64,000 nt of DNA from an uncultured Acidobacteriaceae bacterium (GCA_963713395.1 CAVQLS010000001.1:574515-638514), one strand, 5' to 3'. Positions 1-9,926 are shown, numbered from the stretch's first letter. Translations and numbers: made by a program. The notes: generated by a model from the letters alone, not told the origin.

Positions 1-1187
1 GCACCACTCATCGGATGAACTCCGTGGTCACATAACCATTCATCCACATCGAAAAAGTAGTACTGCTTCGTCCACAGCATGCCAGCTAACGCCTGCCTGT
101 GCACTCTGCGCTCGTCCTCTGTGAGTTTTTCGGGCGTGATGCAGTTATAAAACTCATCCGCTTCCGCGATCCGAGCACTAAACTCGCTGTCAAAGCCAGG
201 CCCAAACGCCGGCCCCTTTGACTTCGCCTGCAGACGTAGCTGGATAATCGCGCTTCCGGCTGGCGGGATTTGAACGGCATAATGTGCAGCGGCTTTCGAG
301 CCGGTCTTCGCAGGGTTTACGGCTGACCTTTGCCCTGAGATCACATATTCATGAAAGGCGTCTTTTACATACGGTGACTGGTTTTGCTGGCTCCACAGCC
401 GAGCAGCATTTGACTCGTTCTCAGTGAAAAGCAATTCCGGATTTCCCTCGCAGAGTAGGGTGTACTCTCCAAGATCAGCATGCGACGCTTTGATGCCTCC
501 GGGCGTCGCCGACATGGATGGCTTCGAGTCTCCGTCTCCCCAGGACCAGGTGTTGCGGAACCATAGGGTCGGCAAGACCTGCAAGGTGGCTGCATCAGGC
601 CCACGATTGAACGCGGATATGCGAATCAACGTATCCTCTGGACCAGCCTTTGCATACTCGACGAACACGTCGAAGTATCGATCGTCGTCAAAGACCCCCG
701 TATCCAGAAGCTCAAACTCGAGCTCACTCCTTGATCGACGCCGGTTTGTCTCCAGCAGCTCGTTGTAGGGGTACGCGCGCTGAGGATACTTATACAGGTA
801 TTTCATATAGGAGTGAGTGGGAGTGCTATCGAGATAGAAGTAGTACTCCTTCACATCTTCGCCGTGGTTGCCCTCGCTATTTGTGAGGCCAAACAAGCGC
901 TCTTTGAGGATCGGATCCTGTCCGTTCCACAGCGCCAGCGCGAAGCAAAGCCTCTGCTTGTCATCGCAGATCCCGCCGAGTCCGTCTTCTCCCCACCTAT
1001 ATGCCCGCGAGCGGGACTGATCATGCGAGAAGTAATTCCACGCATCGCCGTTCGCGCTGTAATCCTCGCGAACAGTTCCCCATTGCCTTTCACTTAAATA
1101 CGGTCCCCACTTTTTCCATGAAACGTCGCTCTTCCGGCAATCGTCCAGGCGCAGTTGTTCTGCACAATTCTCAAGAGACTTTTCCAT
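1..1187 (-). CDS. GH63 / MGH1-like glucosidase, N-terminal part (C-terminus lies beyond the window edge)
   Basis: Not in the ORF track because it has no stop in the window. My translation from ATG at 1187 gives MEKSLENCAEQLRLDDCRKSDVSWKKWGPYLSERQWGTVREDYSANGDAWNYFSHDQSRSRAYRWGEDGL...LFGLTNSEGNHGEDVKEYYFYLDSTPTHSYMKYLYKYP...ALAGMLWTKQYYFFDV. It stays open to position 1. These are hallmark motifs of the bacterial GH63-like glucosidase family. Confidence 0.85.
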   Translation of the reverse strand, partial: MEKSLENCAEQLRLDDCRKSDVSWKKWGPYLSERQWGTVREDYSANGDAWNYFSHDQSRSRAYRWGEDGLGGICDDKQRLCFALALWNGQDPILKERLFGLTNSEGNHGEDVKEYYFYLDSTPTHSYMKYLYKYPQRAYPYNELLETNRRRSRSELEFELLDTGVFDDDRYFDVFVEYAKAGPEDTLIRISAFNRGPDAATLQVLPTLWFRNTWSWGDGDSKPSMSATPGGIKASHADLGEYTLLCEGNPELLFTENESNAARLWSQQNQSPYVKDAFHEYVISGQRSAVNPAKTGSKAAAHYAVQIPPAGSAIIQLRLQAKSKGPAFGPGFDSEFSARIAEADEFYNCITPEKLTEDERRVHRQALAGMLWTKQYYFFDVDEWLCDHGVHPMSG

Positions 1188-1467
1188 GGGCTCCTCCTGC
1201 GACAACGACTTGCACAGCCAGATGAAATGCCTGCGCTCCAATGCCGTCGCATGCGGTAGGCGCGGCCGAACGGCAGGCAGACGGGTGTCTGCCCTCTCGC
1301 GATTGCCATCTGGAGCGTAAGAAGAAGCATGCTCAGTTTGAACTGGCACTACTTACAGTAAGATCTTGTCGTGGCCCGCCAACGTAGCTGGCCTGATCTT
1401 TGTCGACCGGCGTCGGCTCCGGAGTGTCGCGCCTCTCACTTTGCGCGAGTCAACCACTCCCGACAAC

Positions 1468-2550
1468 TCAGAATGTCCAACCCACGCCGCTGCTGATACC
1501 AAATTCATTTCCCTTCGAGTTCGGCGGGGGTTTGCTGTCGTAGTTATCCCAGAACGAGAGGTTCGTATAAAAGTTGTTCTCCAGCTTCATGTTGAACGTC
1601 AGCTTTGGCGTTGCACGAATACGGCCTAGATCCGAGAGTCCCGGAAAAAGGTACGCCTCTGACACAAGTGAATATCGATTGAAGCGCGTCAGCTGATACT
1701 GGATGCCCGCAAGACCTTCTATATTCTGGTCGGAGTCGAGCTGGACGCCGGGCGTAAAGTTTTCATGTGTGTAGACTGACCCGCCAATCACGGTTAGGAA
1801 CGTCGAATTGGTGCGGAAGATATACCGCCCGAAGCCACCGCCCAACGTAGTACGAAGGTCCAGACTTTGCTGTGAACTATGGAGAAAGTCCTGGAGGCCG
1901 ACAACGGTCCAATTCTTCTTGAAGAACACTCCCTCTTGCGCCCCGAGGTCAATTAGGTTTGTACGTGTCGATCCGGTCTGACCGCTGAAAGAAGTGGTAT
2001 CTGTGATGCCCGCCAACCATCGCGGTGTCTCGTAGTTTACGTTTGCGTTGGTCGTAAGCGATGCCTGCCCGTTACCGCTGGTGAAGTCGTATCCAACATC
2101 GATCCCTCCGGTGAGTTGACGCCAAAAGTTCCGTTTGGTCGATTCAATGTCAACTACCGCCCCGGGGTTTGCCCGCCTCTCCACCCCGTTACTCTTGATG
2201 ATGAACTCTTGCCCCGTCTCTCCAGAGACGGCTCTTCCAATCTCTCCCAGGGAACGTGATCCATCAGCCATCGTGACTTGAAAGACCGAAGGGCTCTGTA
2301 CCTTCTCGACCTGCGCCCAGTCCAGCCCAATGGAGCCCGATAAATAGTCGGTCTCAATGTAGAGCAGGCCCCCCTTGAGCTTGTTCACAGTGCAGGTAAA
2401 TCGGTCGCCATTCTTCATCACTACAACATCAGGGCGTTGCGCATACACAAATGGCGCCACACTTGCCAGCAGAAGCACCATCCCCATGAAATGGGGCTGC
2501 AGCAACCGGCCGGCCTGCTCTGTGGCTACCATATTCGACACGACTACCAC
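1468..2550 (-). CDS. DUF481-family outer-membrane beta-barrel protein
   Basis: 360-aa ORF. Signal peptide MGMVLLLASVAPFVYAQ suggests a start near 2487. Alternating beta-strand pattern, C-terminal ...GISSGVGWTF ending in Phe, and YdiY/DUF481-like repeats (DxGYDFTSGN). Confidence 0.7.
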   Translation of the reverse strand: MVVVSNMVATEQAGRLLQPHFMGMVLLLASVAPFVYAQRPDVVVMKNGDRFTCTVNKLKGGLLYIETDYLSGSIGLDWAQVEKVQSPSVFQVTMADGSRSLGEIGRAVSGETGQEFIIKSNGVERRANPGAVVDIESTKRNFWRQLTGGIDVGYDFTSGNGQASLTTNANVNYETPRWLAGITDTTSFSGQTGSTRTNLIDLGAQEGVFFKKNWTVVGLQDFLHSSQQSLDLRTTLGGGFGRYIFRTNSTFLTVIGGSVYTHENFTPGVQLDSDQNIEGLAGIQYQLTRFNRYSLVSEAYLFPGLSDLGRIRATPKLTFNMKLENNFYTNLSFWDNYDSKPPPNSKGNEFGISSGVGWTF

Positions 2551-2882
2551 CGATAACAGGTACTTGGAACCGTAAATTTGTACAGTGAATTGCTCGTGCC
2601 AGACACGATGAAGACGTGGAGGTTCACTTCGTCGGCCCTCTGGCCGGATACAGCGGTGCGTGCTTTTCGGATTTGCTTACCGTTCAACGATCTGCGGTGA
2701 CAAACATCCGGGGTTCGCGCAATAATCTGCTACGTCGAGCATCCGCTTGGTATCGAAGGCGATTACAGCTATTGACAGTGTGCACGGGCTTGCACCGAAG
2801 TTACCTTGCAGTGAACTCCGGCAGTCGTCGAGCCCGTTCCAACCAATTCGCAGGCTGAGGTTTTCTACGGGCGGAGGCTGGG

Positions 2883-3521
2883 ATGGCACATCCGAAGGTT
2901 TTGGTAGCGGACAAACACACTCTCGTTGCAGATGCCCTTAAAGAGCTGCTCGACCCTGATTTTGAAGCGGTGGGTTCCGTTAGCGATGGGCGAGCTTTGC
3001 TGCGCATGGCCGCGGCTCTCAAGCCCGACGTCATCATTCTTGAGCTCAACATGCCTAAACTCAGTGCAATGGAAGCAGGCCCCGAACTGAAGAAGCTGCT
3101 GCCCCGGGTCAAACTCGTTGTGCTGACGGACAGCGATGACGCGGAGTTCGCTCGTGCCGCTGTTCATGGATGGGCATCCGCGTATCTCCTTAAGGCCTCC
3201 GCGCCAGAGGAGCTAAAAACGGCCCTTCACGAGGTGCTGAAGGGCGGCTCCTACATCACACCGAAGGTCGCACAGCGCATTGAAGACGAGTTTGTCCGCG
3301 ATCCGAGACCGGGGCGCAAGCGCGAACTGACAGCACGGCAGCGCGAAGTGCTGCAGCTTCTGGCTGAAGGCAAGACGATGAAGGAGACTGCGCGCGCCCT
3401 CAATGTTACGCCGCGCACTATCGCCTTTCACAAGTACAGAATCATGGAAGATTTCGCTCTCGGCACGAACTCTGATCTCGTCAAGTTCGCCCTCAAAACC
3501 CACGTCATCAAACCGCTCTAG
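2883..3521 (+). CDS. LuxR/NarL-family response regulator, atypical receiver (Glu at acceptor position)
   Basis: GGAGG sits 6 nt before the ATG. N-terminal REC-like domain (KVLVADKHTLV...PDVIILELNMP...VVLTDS...YLLKAS). C-terminal LuxR HTH (LTARQREVLQLLAEGKTMKETARALNVTPRTIAFHKYRIM). Confidence 0.85.
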   Translation: MAHPKVLVADKHTLVADALKELLDPDFEAVGSVSDGRALLRMAAALKPDVIILELNMPKLSAMEAGPELKKLLPRVKLVVLTDSDDAEFARAAVHGWASAYLLKASAPEELKTALHEVLKGGSYITPKVAQRIEDEFVRDPRPGRKRELTARQREVLQLLAEGKTMKETARALNVTPRTIAFHKYRIMEDFALGTNSDLVKFALKTHVIKPL

Positions 3522-3610
3522 CTTCCGGCCGCACCTGTCAGTCCTGTCAGGTACGTCTCTTTCTCTCTTCGGCTAGAGTCTCATCATCCAGAGACCGCTG
3601 GAGGCCGCCT

Positions 3611-5275
3611 TTGCTGCGTCGACTTCTTCGGTTGAGCGTGATTGGTATCTACCTGGTCTCCGCCGGCCTCACGGCCGCGCAGGTTCCCATCACATTGCCG
3701 GGCGTCCCTTCCTCGCCCCTGGCATCACCATCCACAACTGCTGTTCCCGCCCCACCGCCTTCCGCGCCGCCGACAGACCCACTCGGTCGAAGCAATCCCC
3801 GCAGCATGATTCGCGAGTTCATCCGCGCAGTTGACAGGAACGACTTCGTGTCGGCAGCGCGCTATATGCAGCTGAATAGAGCGCAGCAGCCTCATGCCGA
3901 GTTGCTCGCGCGGTACACACGCGAACTCATGAACTGCTGCTTCGATCAGCCGCTGGCTACCATCAGCGATGCAGACACCGGGGCCTTGGACGATAGTCTT
4001 CCGCTTGATCAGGAGCGCATTGGACCTCTCAAGATCGGAGACCATCGCGCTGACATCATCCTCGTGCACGTAAGCCGCCCCGACGGCAGTATCTGGTTGA
4101 TCTCATCGGTGACGCTGGAACAAGTGCCCATCCTGCACGAGTTCATCACCGAAAGCCGCGTTGAAAGCCTGATGCCACGACTACTTCAAGAGCACAGCAT
4201 CTTCGGGCTTTCCCTCGCCCATTGGATCGTGTGGCTTGTTTCTCTTCTCCTTCCAATCCCTTGCTTCATGATTTTGATGTGGGCATTCACTTCTTCCATC
4301 CGTAGGTCCGTCGGAAATAGTGAGAAGCGGGCCTTTTTTCTCGAGTTATCCGAAAGGATCAAGTGGCCTCTTGTCTTAATCCTCTCGATCATTGTTCATC
4401 TATTTTCGTTGCGCCGGCTCGGCTTTCCGTTACAGTTTCGAATCGTTAGCGGGCACGTTGGCGCGATTATTCTCGTCGTGCTTATAACCTCAGCGCTCCG
4501 CCGATCTGTCTCTCTCCTCTTTGATCGGACCCGTGTAAAGCTGATTCGCCTCGATCGCACGCATTCCGCTTCCATGGTTCTCCTCGCCGAGCGCCTACTG
4601 AAGGTAATGCTTATCATCGCGGCTATTTTTGCCGTACTCACTGTAGCCGGTGTCGACACCAAGACGGCGTTGGCCGGACTAGGGATAGGTGGCATTGCAG
4701 TCGCCTTCGGAGCTCAGAAGACAATCGAGAACCTCCTGGGTGGCATCCTGCTGATCTCTGACAGGGCGATCGCCGTAGGTGATCTGTGCTCGATCTCAGG
4801 TCGCATCGGTACGGTTGAAGACATCACGTTGCGCTCCGTTCGTATGCGCACTATCGAACAAACACTGCTGTTGATCCCCGCCGGAAGTCTGTCACAAGAA
4901 AACATCGAGAACTTCCGCAGCCGGACCAAGATGCCGATGACGGCAACGGTTCGTTTGCAATACTCGTCAACGCAGGCGCAAATCTCGTCGATTCGCGACG
5001 AGATTTACAAGCTTGTTACGGAAGATGTGCGGGTGGAAGCAAGCTCGGTACGGGTAAATCTTACGGACTTCGGCCAGTGGGCAATCGAATTACAAATCTG
5101 GGCTTACGTGCTCACTGCAGACATTCAAAAATTCCACACAATACGCCACGAATTGCTGATGCGAATCGCGCAAATCGTTGAAGCTGCAGGATGCAGGTTT
5201 GCTCTTCCATCACAAACAATCTACTCCGGCGAAGAGAGTCCAGATACCGGTCGGAAAACGACCTTACCCCGGTAA
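3611..5275 (+). CDS. MscS-family mechanosensitive ion channel with long N-terminal extension
   Basis: 554-aa ORF with a TTG start 7 nt after GGAGG. Signal/TM segment, several TM helices, and an MscS core (GIGGIAVAFGAQKTIENLLGGILLISDRAIAVGDLCSISGRIGTVEDITLRSVRMRT). Confidence 0.85.
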   Translation: MLRRLLRLSVIGIYLVSAGLTAAQVPITLPGVPSSPLASPSTTAVPAPPPSAPPTDPLGRSNPRSMIREFIRAVDRNDFVSAARYMQLNRAQQPHAELLARYTRELMNCCFDQPLATISDADTGALDDSLPLDQERIGPLKIGDHRADIILVHVSRPDGSIWLISSVTLEQVPILHEFITESRVESLMPRLLQEHSIFGLSLAHWIVWLVSLLLPIPCFMILMWAFTSSIRRSVGNSEKRAFFLELSERIKWPLVLILSIIVHLFSLRRLGFPLQFRIVSGHVGAIILVVLITSALRRSVSLLFDRTRVKLIRLDRTHSASMVLLAERLLKVMLIIAAIFAVLTVAGVDTKTALAGLGIGGIAVAFGAQKTIENLLGGILLISDRAIAVGDLCSISGRIGTVEDITLRSVRMRTIEQTLLLIPAGSLSQENIENFRSRTKMPMTATVRLQYSSTQAQISSIRDEIYKLVTEDVRVEASSVRVNLTDFGQWAIELQIWAYVLTADIQKFHTIRHELLMRIAQIVEAAGCRFALPSQTIYSGEESPDTGRKTTLPR

Positions 5276-5466
5276 CCTGGCGCCTCGCGACTACTCGCGT
5301 AAAGATTTGCAACAGCTGACAAAAATGACAGTGACAGGACGACCAGATGCGCCTAAGGTAACCGACAGATTCAATCGTCTTGCAGGTTCTTGGCGGCTTC
5401 CTTCACGGATTAAGTACCGAGCCGGAGGTCACCATGGTGTGGTCGTCTCCACCCCAGGAGGTCACT

Positions 5467-6114
5467 ATGGTGCATGCTCTACCCCCCTCTCTCGTCATCG
5501 CGGACCCCCATAAGCTGTTTGTGGCCGGGCTCAGCAAGTTACTCGCCAGCAAATTCAGAATTATCGGCACAGTTAGCGACGGACGCGGTCTGGTCGAGGC
5601 TGCGCAACAATTACGCCCCGACCTGATCCTCACTGAGATCGCTATGCCGCTAATGAATGGCCTTGAAGCCATCCATCGTATACGTCGCGCCATGCCCTCA
5701 ATGAGGATCGTCTGTATCAGCAGTAATTCCGACGACGACACAATTCGCGAGTGCTTCCAGAAAGGCGCTTCTGGATTTATCCCAAAGACAGCATCGGGTG
5801 CCGAACTCGTGCTTGGACTACGCCGTGTATTGCATGGCGATATCTATCTCTCGCAGCGCCTTCCACAGTCAGCAAAGCTCTTTTCGGATTCCGTAGTAGC
5901 CCCCGCGGACGGGGAGGTCCCGCTCACGGAGCGGCAGATCGAAGTCTTGCAGTTGCTCGCCGAAGGCAAGACCATGAAAGAGGTTGCTGCTGTGCTCAAC
6001 CTGACCACACGTACCGTTGCGTTCCACAAATACAGGCTGATGAGCAGCCTGAACCTGAACACGAACGCCGCGGTCGTGCAGTACGCCCTTCAGCATCGGG
6101 TCGTCTATGCCTGA
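5467..6114 (+). CDS. LuxR/NarL-family response regulator, atypical receiver (paralog of 2883-3521)
   Basis: The ORF is open from 5380. Two in-frame ATGs (5434, 5467) each follow GGAGGTCAC. REC-like domain (LVIADPHKLF...PDLILTEIAMPLMNG...VCISSN...FIPKTA). LuxR HTH (LTERQIEVLQLLAEGKTMKEVAAVLNLTTRTVAFHKYRLM). Confidence 0.85.
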   Translation: MVHALPPSLVIADPHKLFVAGLSKLLASKFRIIGTVSDGRGLVEAAQQLRPDLILTEIAMPLMNGLEAIHRIRRAMPSMRIVCISSNSDDDTIRECFQKGASGFIPKTASGAELVLGLRRVLHGDIYLSQRLPQSAKLFSDSVVAPADGEVPLTERQIEVLQLLAEGKTMKEVAAVLNLTTRTVAFHKYRLMSSLNLNTNAAVVQYALQHRVVYA

Positions 6115-6206
6115 GCCGGCAGAATCGGGTTGCGCGTTGTCCTGTTAGACATAACAGTTCCTCGGGAGAGACAATCGTCGGTACGTTAGCAGTGCTGAGA
6201 GTGTCT

Positions 6207-7100
6207 ATGTCTAAGAGAGCCGCACTAGCCGCATCCCTTCTGCTTCCTGTCGCACTGCTCTGGAGTTCGGGATGCAAGAGCAATTCTTCAGCCCCGGAAC
6301 AGGCTACACCCCCTCCGGCCCAGGCCGCGGGTGCACCGTCGAATTCCGCCACACCTTCTGGAACGGCCGCTCCATCCTCCCCGTCTTCTGCCGGTCCAAC
6401 AAGCACGTCGCAGCCTGCTCCTACCGCATCTCCTGCCGGAGGCCAGGCCCCCGCCGCTCCGCCGGCGAACGTCGCAGCGAATGCGCCGCCGTCGCCTGCT
6501 GCCCCAGCTCCCCCTCCACCGCCACCGCCGCCTATCGTTGTTCCGGCCGGCACTGTGCTTCACGTCAGGCTCGTGCAATCAGTCGGCTCCAAGATTAGCG
6601 AGGAAGGCTCGCGCTTTGACGCGACTCTTTCTTCGTCTGTCGTCGTAAAAGGACAGAAGGTTATTCCCGCGGGTACGAAGGCTGTCGGCACCGTCACGGA
6701 AGCTCATGCCTCCGGCCGATTCAAAGGCGGTGCTACTCTCGCTCTCGAACTGAACAGCATTCATCTGAACGGACGGACCTACCCGATCCGTACCGCGCAG
6801 TTCAGCAGTGAGTCCAAGGGCAAGGGAAAGCGAACCACAGCGATGGTCGGCGGCGGTGCGGCAGGCGGCGCGATCATTGGCGGAATCGCCGGTGGTGGTA
6901 AGGGCGCGTTGATCGGTGGCGCGATCGGTGCCGGTGCGGGCACCGTCGGAGCAGCCACTGGCAATCGCGACATCACCCTCAAGTCTGAATCGCCTCTGAG
7001 CTTTCAGCTTTCCTCGTCCCTGACTCTTCCGCCTCACCAGGCCACATCCAGTACTGCGTCTGAATCAGAACCCGCTTCAACGGCTCCGCCTCAACCGTAA
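6207..7100 (+). CDS. Lipoprotein with Pro/Ala-rich linker and C-terminal glycine-zipper region
   Basis: Inside the 5751-7100 ORF. ATG at 6207 gives MSKRAALAASLLLPVALLWSSGC (lipobox-like). Then a PA-rich linker including PPPPPPP, and GGGAAGGAIIGGIAGGGKGALIGGAIGAGAG. Confidence 0.65.
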   Translation: MSKRAALAASLLLPVALLWSSGCKSNSSAPEQATPPPAQAAGAPSNSATPSGTAAPSSPSSAGPTSTSQPAPTASPAGGQAPAAPPANVAANAPPSPAAPAPPPPPPPPIVVPAGTVLHVRLVQSVGSKISEEGSRFDATLSSSVVVKGQKVIPAGTKAVGTVTEAHASGRFKGGATLALELNSIHLNGRTYPIRTAQFSSESKGKGKRTTAMVGGGAAGGAIIGGIAGGGKGALIGGAIGAGAGTVGAATGNRDITLKSESPLSFQLSSSLTLPPHQATSSTASESEPASTAPPQP

Positions 7101-7139
7101 CTCGATCTTCATTCGATTCGCGAATACCGGAGGTGAGTA

Positions 7140-7907
7140 GTGCCTACGATTCCTCTCTCTCGTCGTTGCATTGCGGAGTTTTTTGGTACCTTCTGGCTCG
7201 TCCTCGGCGGCTGCGGCAGCGCTGTATTGGCCGCGGCCTTCCCAGCCCTCGGCATCGGTTTCGTTGGCGTCGCATTCGCCTTTGGACTTACCGTGCTGAC
7301 GATGGCCTACGCCATCGGTCATGTCTCCGGTGCCCACCTGAATCCCGCTGTTACGCTTGGTCTCGTGACGGGCAAGCGATTCCCGGCCCGCGATCTTATT
7401 CCCTACTGGATCTCGCAGGTCGTCGGTGCCGCGGTTGCTGCGGGCGTCCTCTACCTCATTGCGAGTGGCAAGGAGGGCTTCGACACGTCAGGGGGCTTCG
7501 CCTCCAACGGCTATGGCTTGCATTCGCCCGGCGGGTACTCGCTCACGGCTTGCCTCATCTGCGAAATCGTCATGACCATGTTCTTCCTCCTGGTCATCAT
7601 GGGTTCAACCGACAAGCGTGTTCCCAACGGCTTCGCTCCCATAGCCATCGGCCTTGGCCTCACGCTGATTCATCTCATCTCGATCCCCGTCACGAATACG
7701 TCGGTCAACCCCGCGCGCAGCACTGGTCCTGCCCTCTTTGTCGGCGGATGGGCACTGGGGCAACTCTGGTTGTTCTGGGTCGCGCCACTCATCGGGGGCG
7801 CAATCGGCGGAGTCCTCTATAACAGCATCTTCAGCGAGTACAAGGAGCAGCCGGTTCTCGGCGCCACTGAGCAGGACGTCGCCAATGTGCCGAAGCCTGC
7901 GCATTGA
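7140..7907 (+). CDS. aqpZ: Aquaporin Z
   Basis: GTG start. [20 protein letters not shown], two NPA boxes ([12 protein letters not shown] and [11 protein letters not shown]), 255 aa. Confidence 0.92.
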   Translation: MPTIPLSRRCIAEFFGTFWLVLGGCGSAVLAAAFPALGIGFVGVAFAFGLTVLTMAYAIGHVSGAHLNPAVTLGLVTGKRFPARDLIPYWISQVVGAAVAAGVLYLIASGKEGFDTSGGFASNGYGLHSPGGYSLTACLICEIVMTMFFLLVIMGSTDKRVPNGFAPIAIGLGLTLIHLISIPVTNTSVNPARSTGPALFVGGWALGQLWLFWVAPLIGGAIGGVLYNSIFSEYKEQPVLGATEQDVANVPKPAH

Positions 7908-7926
7908 TTCTGGCTTCGACAGTACG

Positions 7927-8868
7927 TCAGTTCGGACGGCCGAGCCACGAGTATTGCCATGCGGCGGACACGTTCTGAAAATTGCCGCCAAACGTGACGT
8001 ACGTTCCGGCGCTGTAGCTGAACTTTAGCGACTGATGTTTGGTGATCGGAATCGCTGCAGTTGCCCCGATGCGTGAGTTCGCCTGCAATGTTGTAGCGGT
8101 CTCCACGCCGTTCAGACTCGTCTTGCCGCCGTACCAGTAATTCCCGTCCACTGACACCCACATCCGTGGCTTGATGTCGCGGCTCAGATGTAACTCGACC
8201 GACCCCATCGGCTTCTGCGTCTGCCGGTTTGGCCCCGTCGACCCCGGTGCATTCGAAAAGAAATCGTCGTTGGGCGTGTAGAACCACGCTGCTCCATAGG
8301 CATCCATGAGCCAATGTCCCCAGCGACGGGAGTATCCAAGCTCCGGCTTGAACGACCATCGATGCTCTCCGACATTGATCAACCGCGCACCATCGTATTG
8401 GCCGGTCGGCGTCTGGATCGTCAAGCTCGCTCCGAGCACAGTCTTTTGCTTCCACCGGCTGAACTCCGCAACGTTCATCGCCGGCGCTCCGAGGAGATTC
8501 ACCGACACGCGTCCCGCAACGGCACCGAGTCCCGAGCGATAGAGCGTCTCGTGCACCCCATTGACATCCCCCTGGAAGTGCCCGACCGCATACGGCAGCA
8601 GCAGCGTTACGTTCGCCGAGCGTCCAAAACAATCGAACGAGTGAAAGTAACTTGCAATCTCGCTGCCAATCCTGCCGCTGGAGTCCGTTATAGGGAGACC
8701 GTTGAACACGACATCTCCGGCATTCAGCGAGTAAGTCAGCGTTACCGCATTCGAATGAATCGGCACCGTGACATATGCCCTCGGACTCAAGTTTTGCGCC
8801 TCGCACAAACGCGCCAATGCAACGCACAGACTGCACAACGTGACTGCGCTAAGGAGCTTGATCACCAT
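7927..8868 (-). CDS. Outer-membrane beta-barrel protein, MetA-pathway/transporter-like family (PF13557-like)
   Basis: Signal peptide MVIKLLSAVTLCSLCVALARLCEAQ. Motifs PRAYVTVP, LLLPYAVG, RWSFKPELGYS. The frame has coding-like composition, unlike the overlapping 7817-8836 ORF. Confidence 0.65.
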   Translation of the reverse strand: MVIKLLSAVTLCSLCVALARLCEAQNLSPRAYVTVPIHSNAVTLTYSLNAGDVVFNGLPITDSSGRIGSEIASYFHSFDCFGRSANVTLLLPYAVGHFQGDVNGVHETLYRSGLGAVAGRVSVNLLGAPAMNVAEFSRWKQKTVLGASLTIQTPTGQYDGARLINVGEHRWSFKPELGYSRRWGHWLMDAYGAAWFYTPNDDFFSNAPGSTGPNRQTQKPMGSVELHLSRDIKPRMWVSVDGNYWYGGKTSLNGVETATTLQANSRIGATAAIPITKHQSLKFSYSAGTYVTFGGNFQNVSAAWQYSWLGRPN

Positions 8869-9132
8869 GCGAGCACGCAGATTCTACAACCGTCTCGGTG
8901 TCTGCTGAACTGGTAGATTCACCTACGGATATACGCGGATGGTCGTTAGCTTGGAAGACGATTCGAGCGGGCGGCTAAAATGTGCCTTGCGGATGCAGTT
9001 GATTTCGGTCGCAGCGCCGCACTCACAACCATTCAAAGCGTTCGCCGGAATGCAGGCTGGAGCCTTGTACAAAAGCGACGCATCCGCACCATCAGTCAAT
9101 ACAAGGCTCAATCGCCTGAGGAGTTCACACAC

Positions 9133-9895
9133 ATGGTCGTCGCGTCCGGACTTGCATCGCCCTCCGCAACGATCAATCTGCTTTCTATTCTCGTTCTGGG
9201 CTTCGTTCTGGGCATGCGGCATGCAACGGATGCCGACCACGTCGTCGCAGTCTCCACCATCGTCAGCCGCGAACGTCGCATCCGCAGTGCCGCCTGGATC
9301 GGCGCGCTCTGGGGAGCAGGCCACACCATCACCATCTTCGCTGTCGGCGTAGGCATCATCGTCTTCACTCTGGTCATCCCGCCGCGCGTCGGCCTCTCCA
9401 TGGAGTTCTCCGTCGGCCTCATGCTCGTCCTGCTCGGCTGGGTGAACCTTCGCGGCCTCGGCAAGAATGCGCACGGCGAAGACCGCCACACCCACGCCAT
9501 CGCCGACCGCTCCGTCGACACGCCATCGAGGCATGGACCGCTGGTTTCGTGGCTGGACCCTCTATCAGTGGCTGCGGCCGTTGATCGTCGGCCTGGTCCA
9601 CGGCCTCGCCGGGTCAGCCGCGGTCGCCCTTCTCGTCCTGGCCACCATCCACAACGCGCGCTGGGCTGTCGCGTACCTCTTCATCTTTGGCGTCGGCACC
9701 ATCGCGGGCATGATGGTCATCACCGTTGCGATGGCGTCCGCACTCAACTATGCGGGCTCCCGCTCGCAATGGATCAACCGGCATCTCTCGCTCGCCACTG
9801 GGTTCCTCAGCGTCGCGTTCGGGCTGTTCCTCGTCTACCAGATGGGCTTCCACCACGGCCTCTTCACCGCCCATCCCGTCTGGACACCCGAATAA
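9133..9895 (+). pseudogene. NicO/UreH-type nickel/cobalt transporter, single frameshift near 9490-9530
   Basis: N-terminal half is in the frame of ORF 8980 (LGFVLGMRHATDADHVVAVSTIV...GAGHTITIF). C-terminal half is in the frame of ORF 9467 (LRPLIVGLVHGLAGSAAVALLVLATI...). The His-rich loop spans the shift. Confidence 0.8.
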
Positions 9896-9926
9896 TTTGC
9901 CTGGAATCACGAACCATCGGCCAGAC

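Noticed and set aside
5751-6206. N-terminal 150 residues of the 449-aa ORF 5751-7100. The same applies to the N-terminal extensions of ORFs 38416-39432 and 38978-39688.
   Set aside because: These extensions overlap the neighbouring regulator, moaDE or mscL coding or promoter regions in another frame and are Arg-rich. Internal starts with signal peptides or family-typical N-termini (6207, 39144, 39239) are far more plausible.
7817-8836. 339-aa minus-strand ORF overlapping the outer-membrane protein gene
   Set aside because: It is in a different frame of the same strand as 7927-8868, is Arg/Cys/Gly-rich and lacks a signal peptide. The 313-aa frame has the OMP-like features.
8869-9132. Specific identification of the nicO leader as a NiCo or cobalamin riboswitch
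   Set aside because: I could not find the conserved junction or B12-box sequences by eye. Only generic complementary segments are supported, and these are reported separately as a low-interest finding.
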